From: Mytilus californianus
Lineage: Eukaryota
DNA: 64,000 bases
Assembly (NCBI RefSeq): GCF_021869535.1
Contig: NW_026262723.1
Coordinates: 3,472,001-3,536,000 of the forward strand
Direction: 5' to 3'
Below, piece by piece: positions 37,101-50,880 of this stretch. Positions within the stretch are counted from its first letter, which is position 1, and each line of letters begins with the position of its first letter. The notes beneath the pieces were generated by a model. It was not told where the DNA came from, did not search any database, and worked only from the letters and a program-made list of their open reading frames with translations. Made by a program: the position numbers and the translations under genes.

Positions 37101-40100
37101 TTGTGGTAATAAGTAAACTAAATTGAATCATACGGGAGAAAGGAAAAAGTTAAACACATTTTCATATACAGCCTCTACATAACTCTGATAACTCTGTCTT
37201 CAAAAAGAAAACATTGCTGGCTTGTCGTTTACCTATCTAACATTGTATTTATACTTTTCCAACATAGATATTTTAATCTTTGTGAGTCCTTTACAAAAAT
37301 AAAATGATGTGTAATGAGGCAATTGACTAACATTCAATAAAATTGGATATCACCTGAAATTCTCATATTTATTACGTAGCAGCATTAACTCTTTTACATT
37401 GTTGAGTGTGTGTCCTGTGAGGTAAAACCGCTTTGCGTTTGTCGTTTTTAAAACCTTTCTCCTTTATCATCTAAAATTATTGATATCATTCCATGCATTC
37501 AAACAAACAGCTTATAATAATCACAATTTCTAGTAACTCTGACAGAAAGACCGTTTACACATTCAAATGACGCTGATCTTAATTGACAAGGATTGTTAAT
37601 TTCCTTACCGAGAGTCGGTGGTTATTTCTGGCTTCCTCTAACACAATGGCCACCAAAATATGGAGTTAAACACAAACAAAGTATTAATCTATCAGATTCT
37701 TTGTTTTATTTTGGGATTGAAAATTCAAGATTGCAATTATGAAGTCCTATAAAATATCATATGGCAAGTGCAATTGTGGAAGGATGAACAAGGATTACCC
37801 ATATTTTTCGAACTAGACAAACAAAGAGTACCGTATCAATCAATCTCGGGACTATCTCATGTAGTGCTTTTTCACAAGTTCTGTTGTATGAATAGGTTAG
37901 CTCAAGTTTTCCACACACAATGCTGTATTTTACTAAATCATGTTAATGAATGTCAGATGAACCAAACTAATGAAATTCTTAGATCGAATGATTAAATATT
38001 TTATCCTTTTTGAGTTTACATTGGAGTTCGGTATTTTTGAGATACTGTTTTACGTTTGTTTTTTTTTCAAATGTTCCAGTGTTTTGGGTAAAGTCCATTG
38101 TAGTGAACCTTTTGGTCGTCTTGTTCCTAAAGTGTTCAAGAATTTATAAATCCTTGGATTTTAATTTTTTAGGTTTCAGTGTTCCCAATAAGGATTAAAC
38201 TGGACCATTTGATGTTCGTTATTTTTTGTCATTTGTTTTACCTACCAGTATTTTTGACAATCCTTGTTATCCCATTAAAAATGTATTATAAGGAATCAGA
38301 AAGTTCTGATTTTGCCAATACAAAGATAGTAATGAAATACTAATAAAATAATGATACTCATCTACATATAAAAACATTGCTTTTAACTGTTCGTGCCCTA
38401 TTTTTCTTATATACCCATTAAAACTAGCTTATTTTATCCTTATATTTAATCTTAGCAGGAAAATTCAATGAACATACACAAAAGGATATAAATAAAATGA
38501 ATATACTATACATGTATAATTTCCGCAACTTGTTATCTAAACTAGCCATTTGTTTTTAATTTAAAATGATACTAACCAAAAAGGTTGTTATACCTGTCTT
38601 TGTAAAGACCTTTTGATTTTATTCTTTTTATAGTTTCCTTCCGCCACTGTTGTTTGAGAAACGTCGTCTCTTTAATGAACATGTCGATAACATATTTAGT
38701 ATCGAACAGTCATTATGCTTTTGAAACTCGAACTGTGCAATCAAACTCGTATCACTGTGTGTGAGGTTATTCTCCGTTATCTGTTTTTCTTGTTATAATT
38801 TTTTCTTAAGCAGTAGTTTTTTTTCAATCAAAATGTTAGTAGTTTGACCCCCCCCCCCCCCCCCCCCCCCCTAGCGGATTAATATATGACTATTATCTAT
38901 CTATAAGACAATACAAATACAAAATTGGTACATGTAAAGAAACATGAGAAATGTGAAACGAGCTGTTTTAAATAGACAAAGTCCAGGATCGATCGAACCA
39001 ACATCGACGTTATATAATAAAATATAGCAACACACAATATATATATATATAAAAAAAGCAAGAGTAACATAATCCACCACTTAACCCAACACAAAACTCA
39101 GGATGAACTCAAGTGCCTCGGAAGAATAAACAGTATCGGAACCACCAACAGTATCCGTCATGCTGCTCATGAAAAGTACAAGGTCATTGCTAAATTTATT
39201 TATGATGCAATTGACGCCAAAAGGATGATGAAATTGTGCCAAAATCAAATGCAACATATTTGATGATATTCGGTGAAAACGAAACAAAACTCTGGAATAT
39301 TGTGTCATCATCTATATACTCCATATTCAAATTCTGATGAAATGTTGTTTCATTAAAGTGTAAAGTTTACAATGAGAAAATTTAATTCAGTTCATTCATA
39401 AACGTAATTTATGGCAAAAAATTAAAGTTTGATGAATTGTCCATTTTTTAAAATAGTTTCAAAAAGATATCGATTTCGGAATAAGATTGATTTATTTCTA
39501 CGCAACCTCGTCTGATTGGTTAAATATGTTAAAAAATAATAATTTTAGCACTCATATAGCCCGATGAAGATGGGCAGATGCTGTACCCTCTTACCGACAA
39601 TCCTTTTATCACATTTGAAGTGAGTCTTGCTTGCATCGAAAGACACACAAACAATATCATCAGCATAGGTTCATGCAGCCCCCCCCCCCCCCAAAAAAAA
39701 AAAAGCACGTGCTGTTATTATACACATACAAGAAATCGTCTGAATATTAAAAGTTATATACAAAATGGAGTCTACCACTAAAGTCAACTCTTGGTGCTAT
39801 CCTAAATAATGTAATGTGTCAAACCTTAACTCATCGATGTTAATTTTCTAGCAACTGGTATTATTGATAACAGCAATAATGGCGCGGATACCCGGTATTT
39901 AACAGGATTTCGTGCCCATCCACCATGTTCCATCTAAATGTCATAAATAATTAAATAATGATGTACGGCATATATAAGTGACACAGGAAGGCTATCACAA
40001 CAAAACAATCTTGAGTTAAACATAATGACTACAGTCTTGATTTTGGTAATAGAGTACACGTCACTAAGTAGTAGTACCTTGTTCTCTCTGAAAAAATGGA

Positions 40101-41292
40101 AATTATTAGTCGACGAAAAAAATTAGAAACATCATGCCGAAGAGAAAAAAGACGAGGTGATAAACAACAGCCAACAAAACACTACAAAGAGAACTGAAGA
40201 TAAAGCAATACGAACACTACAAAAAACCGTCTACAACACGTATGTAGAAGGATAAGCTTTTCTACTGTCCTACTTTGTGAAAGTAATAAAAAATTAAGTT
40301 AGTTTCACTGTATATCGCCATCTTGAATTGTAAGATAGCAGCACACAATCATCTAGTTCTTTGCTTAACTCTGCAAATGTCTTTAGCAAGAATGCAAATT
40401 TATATGTAAGACTGTTTATATAGATAAAGAAATGTAAGAGATTGATTGTATTAATTAGATTGTTTTTTACAAATATAATTTTGTTTTTGTTGGACTCAAC
40501 TTTTCTACTCAGCCATACAAGGGGAGATACATGTTACTCTTACAGTAAAATATTCATAAAGGAATCTTAATGAAATTTTTATTTTTTACTTGCATAAAAA
40601 CAGGTTTCGTTACACCTTTATTTCTTTTTATTTTCTAAAAACATATTATATAACCTATCTTCTCATATGTAATTCAAATTTTTATCTGATAGATTTCTAT
40701 GGTAAGAGGCAATTCCCTCTGACACAATTGATCTTACCAAATATCATTTTGACCCCCGTGTTCAACCCAAAAACAATTTACGTATTTTCCTTTCAAAAAT
40801 TTTACCATCATTGAGCACGTGTTAAAGCTTTTTCTGGAAATGTGTATCGTGCGCAGTTACATTGTTGTCAATGGTTTACATTTTTTACTTGTACTAAAAA
40901 CGCATCAGGATTATAAATTTGTACAGAAAACGCTCGTTTCGTCTACATAAGACTCACCAGAGGCGCTCATAATAGATGTTCCGATTTACATTCTAACTAT
41001 TCTCCTTAAATGCCTCATGTACTGATAAATATTTTTATTTATATTTCAAATCTTTACATAGGACGTCTCGAACTTTGGCTTTTATCCTTATCCTGATAAT
41101 TGTTCCAAATTATATTCCAAATAATCTTGTTCTAAAATTTGAACTTTTGATCAAAATGGTCTGTATGAATACCACTCTTATAAAAGTTCTACATTTATTA
41201 TTAATATTTCAGGAGACCTTGACTTGGTTTCTGGTCCGAATTTTACACACCCATGTCAATCTGTCTGCAGTTTCATTGACATCACGAACTTT

Positions 41293-41323
41293 TCAAAATT
41301 GAGATAACTTACGAATATAAATA
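41293..41323 (+). promoter_or_regulatory. CTL-A core promoter: TCAAAATTGAGATAA plus TATA box (TATAAATA 41316-41323)
   Basis: Same motifs and order upstream of CTL-B and the decayed unit; ~55 bp upstream of the ATG. Confidence 0.55.
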
Positions 41324-41376
41324 TCGCCTCCAGAAATGCAACATGCAATGTTTAAACTGCTGCCTCATATATCAAA

Positions 41377-44300
41377 ATGTCTTCTGTTCTGATGAAACTT
41401 TGTATTCTGGCATTTGTAGCCACAGTTGGTAAGTAACTTTTTCATTATCATTTAATGAATTTACTCTTGAAGATTAAATCTGTAATTCATAATTAAATGA
41501 TTCTTCATTTAGTTTTAATCAAAGGACATTAGAGTTAGCGTTAGGGTTAAGGTATAAAACCACTAATTCATAGCCCCATTGCTTTCTATGTTAAATTCTG
41601 CAAATTCAAGCATTAATGGCTACTTTGTCTTAAGTTCAAATAAAGTGGCAGTTATTTCATGTCAAAACTGTACCTTATCCTGACTTGTGCTGAAAAAATC
41701 AACATACCTTTAATTGCATATTAGAGCGTACTGGTTCCCGGAAGTTTGATAGTACAAAAACAGGAACTTCTGATCTGAACAACAGGCCAAATGAGCCCTC
41801 CTATTAAAATTTCATATACTTCTTTATTATTCAAATAAAACTTTCAATAAGGGTTCTACAGTGATCCCAAGTCCCCAAGCTTTCATTTGATACTAAAACT
41901 ACCCAAATATTCCAACTATTGACAAAGATACAGCTATGCGTAGGAACTATTTTGTTTACAATATGTACTACTTTCTAGTATGTTCTTTCCAACCGGGCCT
42001 GAATTAGTGGTTCTATACCTATAACAGCACCAAACTTGTTATATTGACTTCTGCTTGACTTAATTTCCTTCTATGATCTATTTCTAGCATAGAAAAACAC
42101 ATCAAGCTTTTGTCAAAACACTATATCACTGAATTCGAGCTCAAATTGGACTGGTAGTAGCATATGCGTTAAACAAAGAAAACTACTTATGGATACTAAT
42201 AGTGACAGATATAACACTTTTTCAATTTTTCCCAGCTCTGATTTGTTAATATCTACTCAAATAACAGTGTTCTTACCTATATGTTTATTTTTATCAGAGA
42301 TTCTTCCTTCAATATAAATACAGTGGTCCAAACATAAAATATAATTGATAATTTTGTCCCCCCTTTTTTCTACATGTTGGAAAAGGAGAGTGATTTGGTA
42401 AAAAACCATACTTTTATGTATAAACATGGATCAACAAGAGCAATTTATGTATCTCCAAGCTAGACAACTTGCTAAAATGGTTATAAAATGCATTTCAAGT
42501 GAGATTTTGGATTTCCTACATAAGTATACACCAATTTTCCTTGAAATAAGTAATTCACTAAGAAACACAATAAAACATGAACACTCACTAGATAATTTGA
42601 CCAAAAACAATATTTATACTGTAAACTAGTCATGATATACAAGTCTCATTGGTTTCAGTGTTAGATAATCCAAAAATTAAAATTTCGGGTAAAATCTTAA
42701 CTGTGTGCATGCTAAATGACCAAAAAAGGCTAAAATACCTTAGTTTAGCAATTTGAGGGTTGTAACTTGACACTAACATAATTGTTACATAAAAAAAATA
42801 ATGTAACATGATTTCTGACAACAAATGTGACCAATTTTTACTGTAAAGGGTATGATTTCTAAAAATAGAATTTCACATGCCTGTCAGTAATAGGTATAAA
42901 ACCACTAATTCATAGCCCCATTGCTTTCTATGTTAAATTCTGCAAATTCAAGCATTAATGGCTACTTTGTCTTAAGTTCAAATAAAGTGGCAGTTATTTC
43001 ATGTCAAAACTGTACCTTATCCTGACTTGTGCTGAAAAAATCAACATACCTTTAATTGCATATTAGAGCGTACTGGTTCCCGGAAGTTTGATAGTACAAA
43101 AACAGGAACTTCTGATCTGAACAACAGGCCAAATGAGCCCTCCTATTAAAATTTCATATACTTCTTTATTATTCAAATAAAACTTTCAATAAGGGTTCTA
43201 CAGTGATCCCAAGTCCCCAAGCTTTCATTTGATACTAAAACTACCCAAATATTCCAACTATTGACAAAGATACAGCTATGCGTAGGAACTATTTTGTTTA
43301 CAATATGTACTACTTTCTAGTATGTTCTTTCCAACCGGGCCTGAATTAGTGGTTCTATACCTTAAGGTTAGGCTTAGGGTAGCTGTCAAATTTATGCTCA
43401 ACAATTTTACACAACTTCAAATTAACATATTTGATTTATAACATAGACAAACCTAGTTCCAAAAATTACCATAAGTCCAAAAAGAAAAAATTAACAATGC
43501 ATAGAATCGATAAATGTAACAGCATTTAGTGCATAAACACTAGATGTTATCAAATTATCCATTGCATTAACATGATTAAGAGTGAAATCAAGCTTTTTCA
43601 TTTTTTTTTGGAATATTCCTATCAGTAACTTTGTGAATAATAATAAACTTAAAGGATAGCAACCTCAGACATTATAAAACGCCACCAGTGTCTGAGCAGA
43701 AAGTTGATGAACCACAGTTATGCCAAAGACCCTTTTCCTTTTCTATAAAAGTTCATTGGAAAATACCAAAATCTTGTTGATAAATATTCAGTTTCAACTT
43801 CACAAAGAATACTTGATGGTCTTGAAGGATATATTCTAGGTACTGACGTTGTTTATCATCTTAATTACATGTTAAAGTGTTTTTCGTATTTGTTTATTTA
43901 CATTTTTAACCTTATGTCAAAAAATGGGATATATAATTTATATAAATAAGAAGATGTGGTATGAGTGCCAATGAAACAACTCTCCATCTAAGTCACAATG
44001 TAAAAAAAGTAAACAATTATAGGTCAAAGTACGGCCTTCAACACGGAGCCTTGGCTCATACCGAACAGCAAGCTATCAAAGGCCTCAATTTGATTAGTCT
44101 ATTTTTGGTAATATCCTTTTGGCGTGACTCGGTATTTGTACATCTCGCCATTGTGTTATTGTGCTACGGTCATCTTTTGTATGTTTGTCTTTCGTATTTA
44201 CTTATGTGCTTTGTCTATAGAGTGTCTACATGTCAATTTATTTTTAATTGTTGACATAGTTGTTTGTTTTTATATTGATTAAGTTAATAACACAAGTTGA

Positions 44301-46636
44301 CTGCTGTTCCTCAATTTTTGACACTTTTACCTATTGTGTCTGTTTGTTTTGCTAACACATAGTTGTCAATATAATGGAATTTTACCCGACTGTTATACAC
44401 GTGAGAGGTTTAGCTAGCTATTAAACCTGGTTTAATCCAACATTGTCTACATAATGAAATGCGTGTACCAAATCAGGAATATGACAGTTGTTTTCCATTC
44501 GTTTGATGTGTTTGAGCTTTTGATTTTGCCATTTGTTAAGGGATGTTACGTTTTGAATTTGCCTCTGAGTGCGGATTTTTTTTAATTTATTTTTTATTGA
44601 ATCAAAGAACATCATGTGCTTTTTTTTTATATCAAATAATGAAATCCTTATGAAACAGTTTTTCTTCGTGAAGCAAATAAAACCAAAAGTCGAAATAAAT
44701 GTTATCACTCAAAATGTAATTTATATTATTCTTCTTTGACTTTTGATTTTGATTGCCTGCCTTGAACATGGTTACTCTTTGTGTATCATTTGTTTATAAA
44801 AATTAGACACATTTCAACATTCATACTTTTTATGAAAGGATACATACAAATAAATCATTTTTTTTTATTTTAGTATTTTGTGCATGTCCAAATAATTGGA
44901 GTCATTATGAAGACAAATGTTTCTTTCTAAGCCGTGACAACGAGACATTTGCCGATTCACTGGTGAGTTAAAATGAAAAGAGCGGAGTGAGGGTTCCGAA
45001 ATTAAATGTTTATAAATTTGTCTTCAAATTATGATTTCGATTGTCTTACTTTGATATAGAATATGTCCTATTCTCGATTTTGAATGAGTGTGGATTCCAA
45101 TGATGAATGATGTATGCAAAGCAGAAGTTACTAACCCTTTAGACACATCCAGTCTGGCTTCTTTTAGAGTTACTGTGAATCTGTGAATCGCTCAGGTTTT
45201 TTTTTTTTTTGCTCTGTTTTTTTTTACCTTGTTTTGTATCTTATTAGTAAATTTATGAGATGTGAACATCGGTAAACTAATGTTGCCACTTTTTTAACAT
45301 CACATGATCTTGTATATGAAATCAATAATTTTGAATTCACAAATAACAAGCGCAAGGGACTGCAACCTTAGAATAAGAACAATGACGTAATATTAGGAGC
45401 GGGAAATACATCTACACAATGTAGTATGTTTTATCATGGTTATATCAAAGCACTTGGTAATGTAAGAATATCGGTTTGTTTCACTGTGAAAGCTGTTAAT
45501 CGTATAATATCAACATGATCAATAAATACTCGTTATGTAATTTGAATGTATTATTTTTCTATCTTTTCTCAGAAACTGTGTGAAGTGATTGGACGCCAAT
45601 ATGGAAGATCGGCATCATTAGCTACCGTTGATGATGCAAAAACGCAACAATTTCTTACAGATTTAATGATCAAAATAAGTAAGAATGAGTAAATGTTAGA
45701 TTGTACATAAATGATGAAGCACAACTTTTCTCCTCTATCTTCCTGAACCTGGAAAAGAATATGAAGCGACTTGTTTAAAGTACTATTAAGCTTGGCTGTC
45801 TTAGTGGCTATAGTTTTGTTTTTTATGGTCTTTAAGTTAGTAAATGATTTAATATATGAATATCAAAGTTTCGTATGCATAGGAGCTTTTCTGCATTTTG
45901 TCGGAATAAAAATATGGCTTTTGTTTACTTCCTTATCATTGAGGTTCTTTCCTTTCTTAAACTGATTTACTGAGTCTTAGTTGTTAAGAATTTACTTTTT
46001 AAAAGTTTGTTGACCTCATTGTTTGCATCTAAAAACAAGCCGAATACTTTAACCTAGTCGTTATGAAGAAGTTCTATGATTCATCGTACAAGATATTCAG
46101 TTAACTGCGATTAGAAAACTGCAATAAAACCATTACAAATGGCAGTTTAATTTGTAAAAAGTATAAAAATAAGAAATAAGAATTCATAGAAAACTTATGC
46201 AGAAATGAAAATTCCGGTTAGACTGAAAGCAATCAATTCTACTATAATTTTTATATTATGCTGTTCATTTATTAGCCGAATAAATACAAACAAAAACTTT
46301 ACAATTCAACATTGAAAATGTATATTTGATGGATAGAATTCTGCATGTTAATTTTATATGAATTTGTTTAGAAATTCACAACCATTTTTTTTTGTTTTAT
46401 CAGATTCCATTGGAATGTACATAGGATTAAATGACCTTGTAACTGAAGGGACATTTCACTGGGTAGCCAACGGTAAGCAGGCAACATACTTTAACTGGGG
46501 ACCTACCCAGCCAAACAACAGAGGGGGAAACGAAAACTGTGTAGCTATGCGAGTTGATCCAGTTATAGGCTTCAATTATTCTTGGACAGATGGTCCTTGT
46601 ACAGTTCCGACCACCTACATTTGTGAAATGGTGTAA
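41377..46636 (+). CDS. Secreted single-CRD C-type lectin A (perlucin-like), 159 aa; join(41377..41428,44874..44962,45573..45678,46404..46636)
   Basis: All introns GT-AG with phases 1/0/1, 480 nt in total. Signal peptide MSSVLMKLCILAFVATV; CPNNW..KCF; YIGLND; QPN; ENC; WTD; final C. Confidence 0.95.
41551..43361. mobile_element. Non-autonomous KolobokP-type composite transposon: 469-bp LTDR (41551-42019), 873-bp internal region, 469-bp LTDR (42893-43361)
   Basis: Two direct repeats identical by eye, each with TIR GGTATA(A/G)AACCACTAATTCA; TTAA only at the outer ends (41547-41550, 43362-43365). Confidence 0.9.
43660..43840 (+). mobile_element. Penelope-like 3' end relic
   Basis: SDIIKRHQCLSRKLMN..KFIGKYQNLVDKYS. 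Confidence 0.5.
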
Positions 46637-46680
46637 GTATTATTGCAAAGGAATCAATATAAACGCAATACATGTTACAC

Positions 46681-46800
46681 TGTGATATGCGACTTGATTC
46701 TTTTAACGGCTTCAACTATACTTGGACAGATAGATCTTGTACAGGTCCAACCTACATCTGTGAAATGGTTTAAGAACCATTCAAAAGAAATCAAATAAGC
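46681..46800 (+). pseudogene. Duplicated last 28 codons and UTR start of CTL exon 4, lying in the CTL-A 3' UTR
   Basis: 46687-46773 reads MRLDSFNGFNYTWTDRSCTGPTYICEMV* versus MRVDPVIGFNYSWTDGPCTVPTTYICEMV*. Confidence 0.85.
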
Positions 46801-48057
46801 TGAACACTTATTTTCTGGATTTTTTACAACTGCTTAATTAAAAACAAATGATTAACTGTTTGTTTTCCTCTGTTTTTTAATGTTGGCTTGAACTACCGAG
46901 TAATTATCATATATTGTAGATTTTAAGATTCAAAATGTCCTCTCTGTCTATTAGTATTCATCGGTCTGGGTATTTCGTTCCGACAAAAATATGGTAGCAT
47001 ACACAGTATTTTTAATGCGTAAAATCGTACGATTAGAAAGCGCCTATCAATAAGAATGCAAATATGTTTTGGTGATTAACAAACCCGTCCTTAAATTATC
47101 ATTATGAAATGAACAAGTGTCCATCTAAATAAATTTATCATATATACCAGGATTACAATTTGGTACGTTAGACGCTCTTTTCGTCTACAAAAGACATAAT
47201 CCCAACCTGGATCATTCGTGGGATATTTGGAGTTTACTGTAACGACATAGTGGTTATTCTATTTTCTGGTTAGATAAATCTATTATTGAGACTTTTTATC
47301 AAATCCATGACACAAATCGAATATGAACTTTAATTTTTAGGTGACTTATAGACACATTGGGTCGGGTTTATATGTATATATTATCATAATGTCAATTGAC
47401 ACAAGTCACTTTAATAAATAATCACTTACTTACTTGCTTAATGGTCAACCCCATGTTGTCGCATCCATAAACTTTTAAAAACAAGGCGACTTTAATCTTA
47501 CGATTTATATGAGAATAAGCAGAAGTGGTATGATTGCAAATGAGGCAATTTTCCACTGGAGACGAAATTAATTAGCAGCTATTTTTCACCAAAAGGCCTT
47601 CAACAATGAGCAAAACCCATTCAGTTAAGCAAGGTATAAAAGATACTACAATGACAAAAAACTTCAAACAGGTACACTAACGGCCTCATAAACAAAAATG
47701 AATACAATATAAAAACAACAAAAGACAACCACTGATTTACAAGCCTTTAACTTTCATTCAAACGCCTCATTGTTCATGTGCCAGCTATTTATCACTAAAA
47801 AATCCCCCACATATGAAATACATTTATATACTTTTGATTTTTTCAAATTTTTATTTATTCATTTTAGGGCATCAGATATTGGAAACCTTCTCGGATAGCC
47901 GTAATTGTCAGTAATTGTTTTACATGTTATATGTCAGTTTATTTATTATATATCTACACCAAAATCATTCTGTTTGTTTTTATTTGATATTTGTTTTTAT
48001 GTAATTTGTTGGATGTTGACCTTATAGTGTAACATCGATTTTCTTCATATTGATAAT

Positions 48058-48061
<4 letters not shown>

Positions 48062-48107
<46 letters not shown>
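48062..48107. repeat. (GA)n microsatellite; paralogue at ~58586-58625
   Basis: Both follow the same flank CATATTGATAATACC. Confidence 0.9.
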
Positions 48108-48109
<2 letters not shown>

Positions 48110-50559
48110 ACGTTTGCGGTTGCTTATCAGCGACTGTTGATTTTCAAGATTTTGAATAAAGAACACGAATAATCTCTAGTTTACTTGGGAATAAAAATTC
48201 AAAGGCAAGCTGATTGTTTAGGAATTTATTATGAGCTATTATCTTTTTATCTACTAGTTTCGCACTCTGTTATTTTGAAGCCCATAGACGACTTACGTGT
48301 AAATCTGTATATCCAGATTATACTGTAACACTTACTTCCGTTTTATTTAATGTAGAAACATTAAATTAATTTTACAGATCGTGCAACAATAAACTTCAAT
48401 AATATCTGTTAAATCCTTCTGTAGATCTCAATGATTTCCATAAAAACTGACCACTGAACGGCATTGATATTGATAACGACACACAAAAACACATAATATT
48501 TAAATGGTCTTCCAATTAACATAACAATCAATTTTGGTTCTAATATGTTGTTTGATGGAACGAATAGAGTTAAACAAGATACACAATTTACACCGGAACT
48601 CAAGATATAACTTCTAGTTCCAACTCTTACCCATATCCAAACACTCTCTAGTTTCTGATATGAAAAGGATGTTTACTATGTACAGTTAAATGTATGGACA
48701 AGTGAACAGCGGGAAAATGAAATACAATTGTACTTTTTAAACACCATTCTAACATCACTGTCTGAATTATCAAGCTGATAACTGTCATTTATAACATATA
48801 CTAAAATCAGAATAATCCATAGGTATGCTTTACAATAGTAAATAGTGGTTTATTATTCGTTGTTGTTCTGTGGTTTGCATGTTGTGTCGACTATTATATT
48901 ATTTGTTTGTGCTTTTCTCTGTCCTGTAGTGTTTTAGCGATATTTTTTAACATTGTTATAAAGCTTGAGGTTTGGCATGCCATGAAACCAGGTTCAACTC
49001 ACCATGTTTTCTTAAAATGTCCTGTACCAAGTCAGGAATATAGCAGTTGTTATCAAATTGTTCGTTTCTATGTGTGTTGGCGTTTGTTTTTGTTGCACTT
49101 CGGTGTTCCTGGTGTTCCTTTGTTTTCCTCTGATAATTGATGTTTTTCCCTTGGTTTTGGTTTGTAACCCAGATTTGTTTTCTCTCAATCGATTTGTGAC
49201 TTTTGAACACCGGTATACTACTGTCGCCTTTATTTATATTAGTTTTGTCTATAGCATTTCGCAAAATACGTGTTATTATGTTACATTGGTACTGACATTT
49301 TTTCAGACGCGTGTTTTGCATACAAAAGACTCAGCAGTGACGCTCGAATTAAACACTTAAAAAGGACAAATAAAGAACGAAGTTGAAGAGCATTGAGGAT
49401 ATAGCTTATCTTTCACAGAAATCAAAAATACATATCTTTTATCCTTCTTTAATGAATTAAAGTAGATAATAAGCGACTTTCAATTTACTCAAAAAAATTT
49501 CCGGTGCAGACTGACAGCAACATTTACATTGATTCTTAAAATATATGGTTTCTATATATTTTGATTGAAATATGGGAGCCAATTTGCTATTTCCGGTTGG
49601 AAATTACAACGTCTGGTTTGATATAATAAGTAACTTCATATTGATTCCAAAATTATATGGTTGCTAATTTCTTTTACATCAAAAATGCTAAAAAATAGCT
49701 TTTCCTGTTAACAGAAAGTCAGTCTGGTAGCTGACCTTTCAAGGTCATATGTCTTCCAACCTAATGCAAAGGACCCAATGTCTTTATCATGTTTTAATAT
49801 CAAGTTATAGCAAAGGTTCGAATCTAAAACGTCCAATTTACCTTAAACCTTGACCTCATTTTCATGATCACAAAGAAATTATCTCATATAAAAAATGTAC
49901 ACAAAATACCTAACTCGAAGGTAAATTCAAAAAGGGGGAAGTCCAAGAAACATGACAAAATCAAACGTCAGACTATCAACCAACAGAACGAATTGTAACA
50001 ACTTTCATATTACTAACTTGGTACAGGCATTTTCCGAATTGGTGGGTCTAACGTTATTTCTTACACTTTATTTGCTTATACGTTTATAGCTAGGTAGCTA
50101 GGTAAACCCCCAACTTTTATGACAGTTGTCTCTAGTTCCATTATGTTAACAAAACTGTTTTGTTTTGTTGGATATGCAACCTAACAGACGCAATATGTTA
50201 ATATGACAATAATCGGGACCCAACAGCCAAACGGTGTAAGCAATTATCACAGATATACAACACAACTAACTAACAAAAAAGTCATTGTAGCTGACAAATA
50301 CGCTATGATAAAAAAAAACATAAAATGCGGTACAGTATTTATCCAAGGGTTTACAAAATGAAAAAAAAACATTGTAAAAACATACTGGGTCCAAATCGCA
50401 CCTCTAGACCAAAACTACAAAAGAATCGTCCAAAGCCAAAAATCCGATAACTGGATGGACAAAACAGAACCAAAAAGGAACACATAAGCATAAAAAGGGA
50501 AAATTGTAAAACAGATAAAAAGATAAACTCTTTAGAACCTGCTGTACAGTCAAGACCCT

Positions 50560-50880
50560 CTTGTATAATTTATGAAGTAGACACTTTCTGCGAGACATTT
50601 TTTGACAAAACCTGGGACTATTAATTTTTGCTCAGACACCGATGACGTTTTACAAAGTCTTTGTAGCAGCTGCAAGTTCTTGAATATCAAATGAGTTGAG
50701 AAATATATACTCCATACGAGTTTGAAGTTGGTAAATTGCTGCTAAGGCGAGGACAATTTATAATGTTAAAATTGAAATCGTCTCTATTGTCATAGATTTT
50801 GGTACTGAGAAGACCGCTGTAGTCAAATTTGAGGTAAATGAGGCAGATGAGATGTTTCTGTGGTTTTTTTTTATCTCTTT
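50560..50880 (-). mobile_element. Penelope-like RT C-terminal relic
   Basis: Minus strand STKIYDNRDDFNFNIINCP.LSSNLPTSNSYGVYISQLI..SRTC. Confidence 0.7.

Noticed and set aside
42426-42629. 67-aa ORF inside the KolobokP-type interior
   Set aside because: No DDE transposase or His-Me nuclease motif; its length is within chance expectation.
48907-49360. Cluster of 77-121 aa ORFs
   Set aside because: They lie within abundant interspersed repeats and are low-complexity translations.
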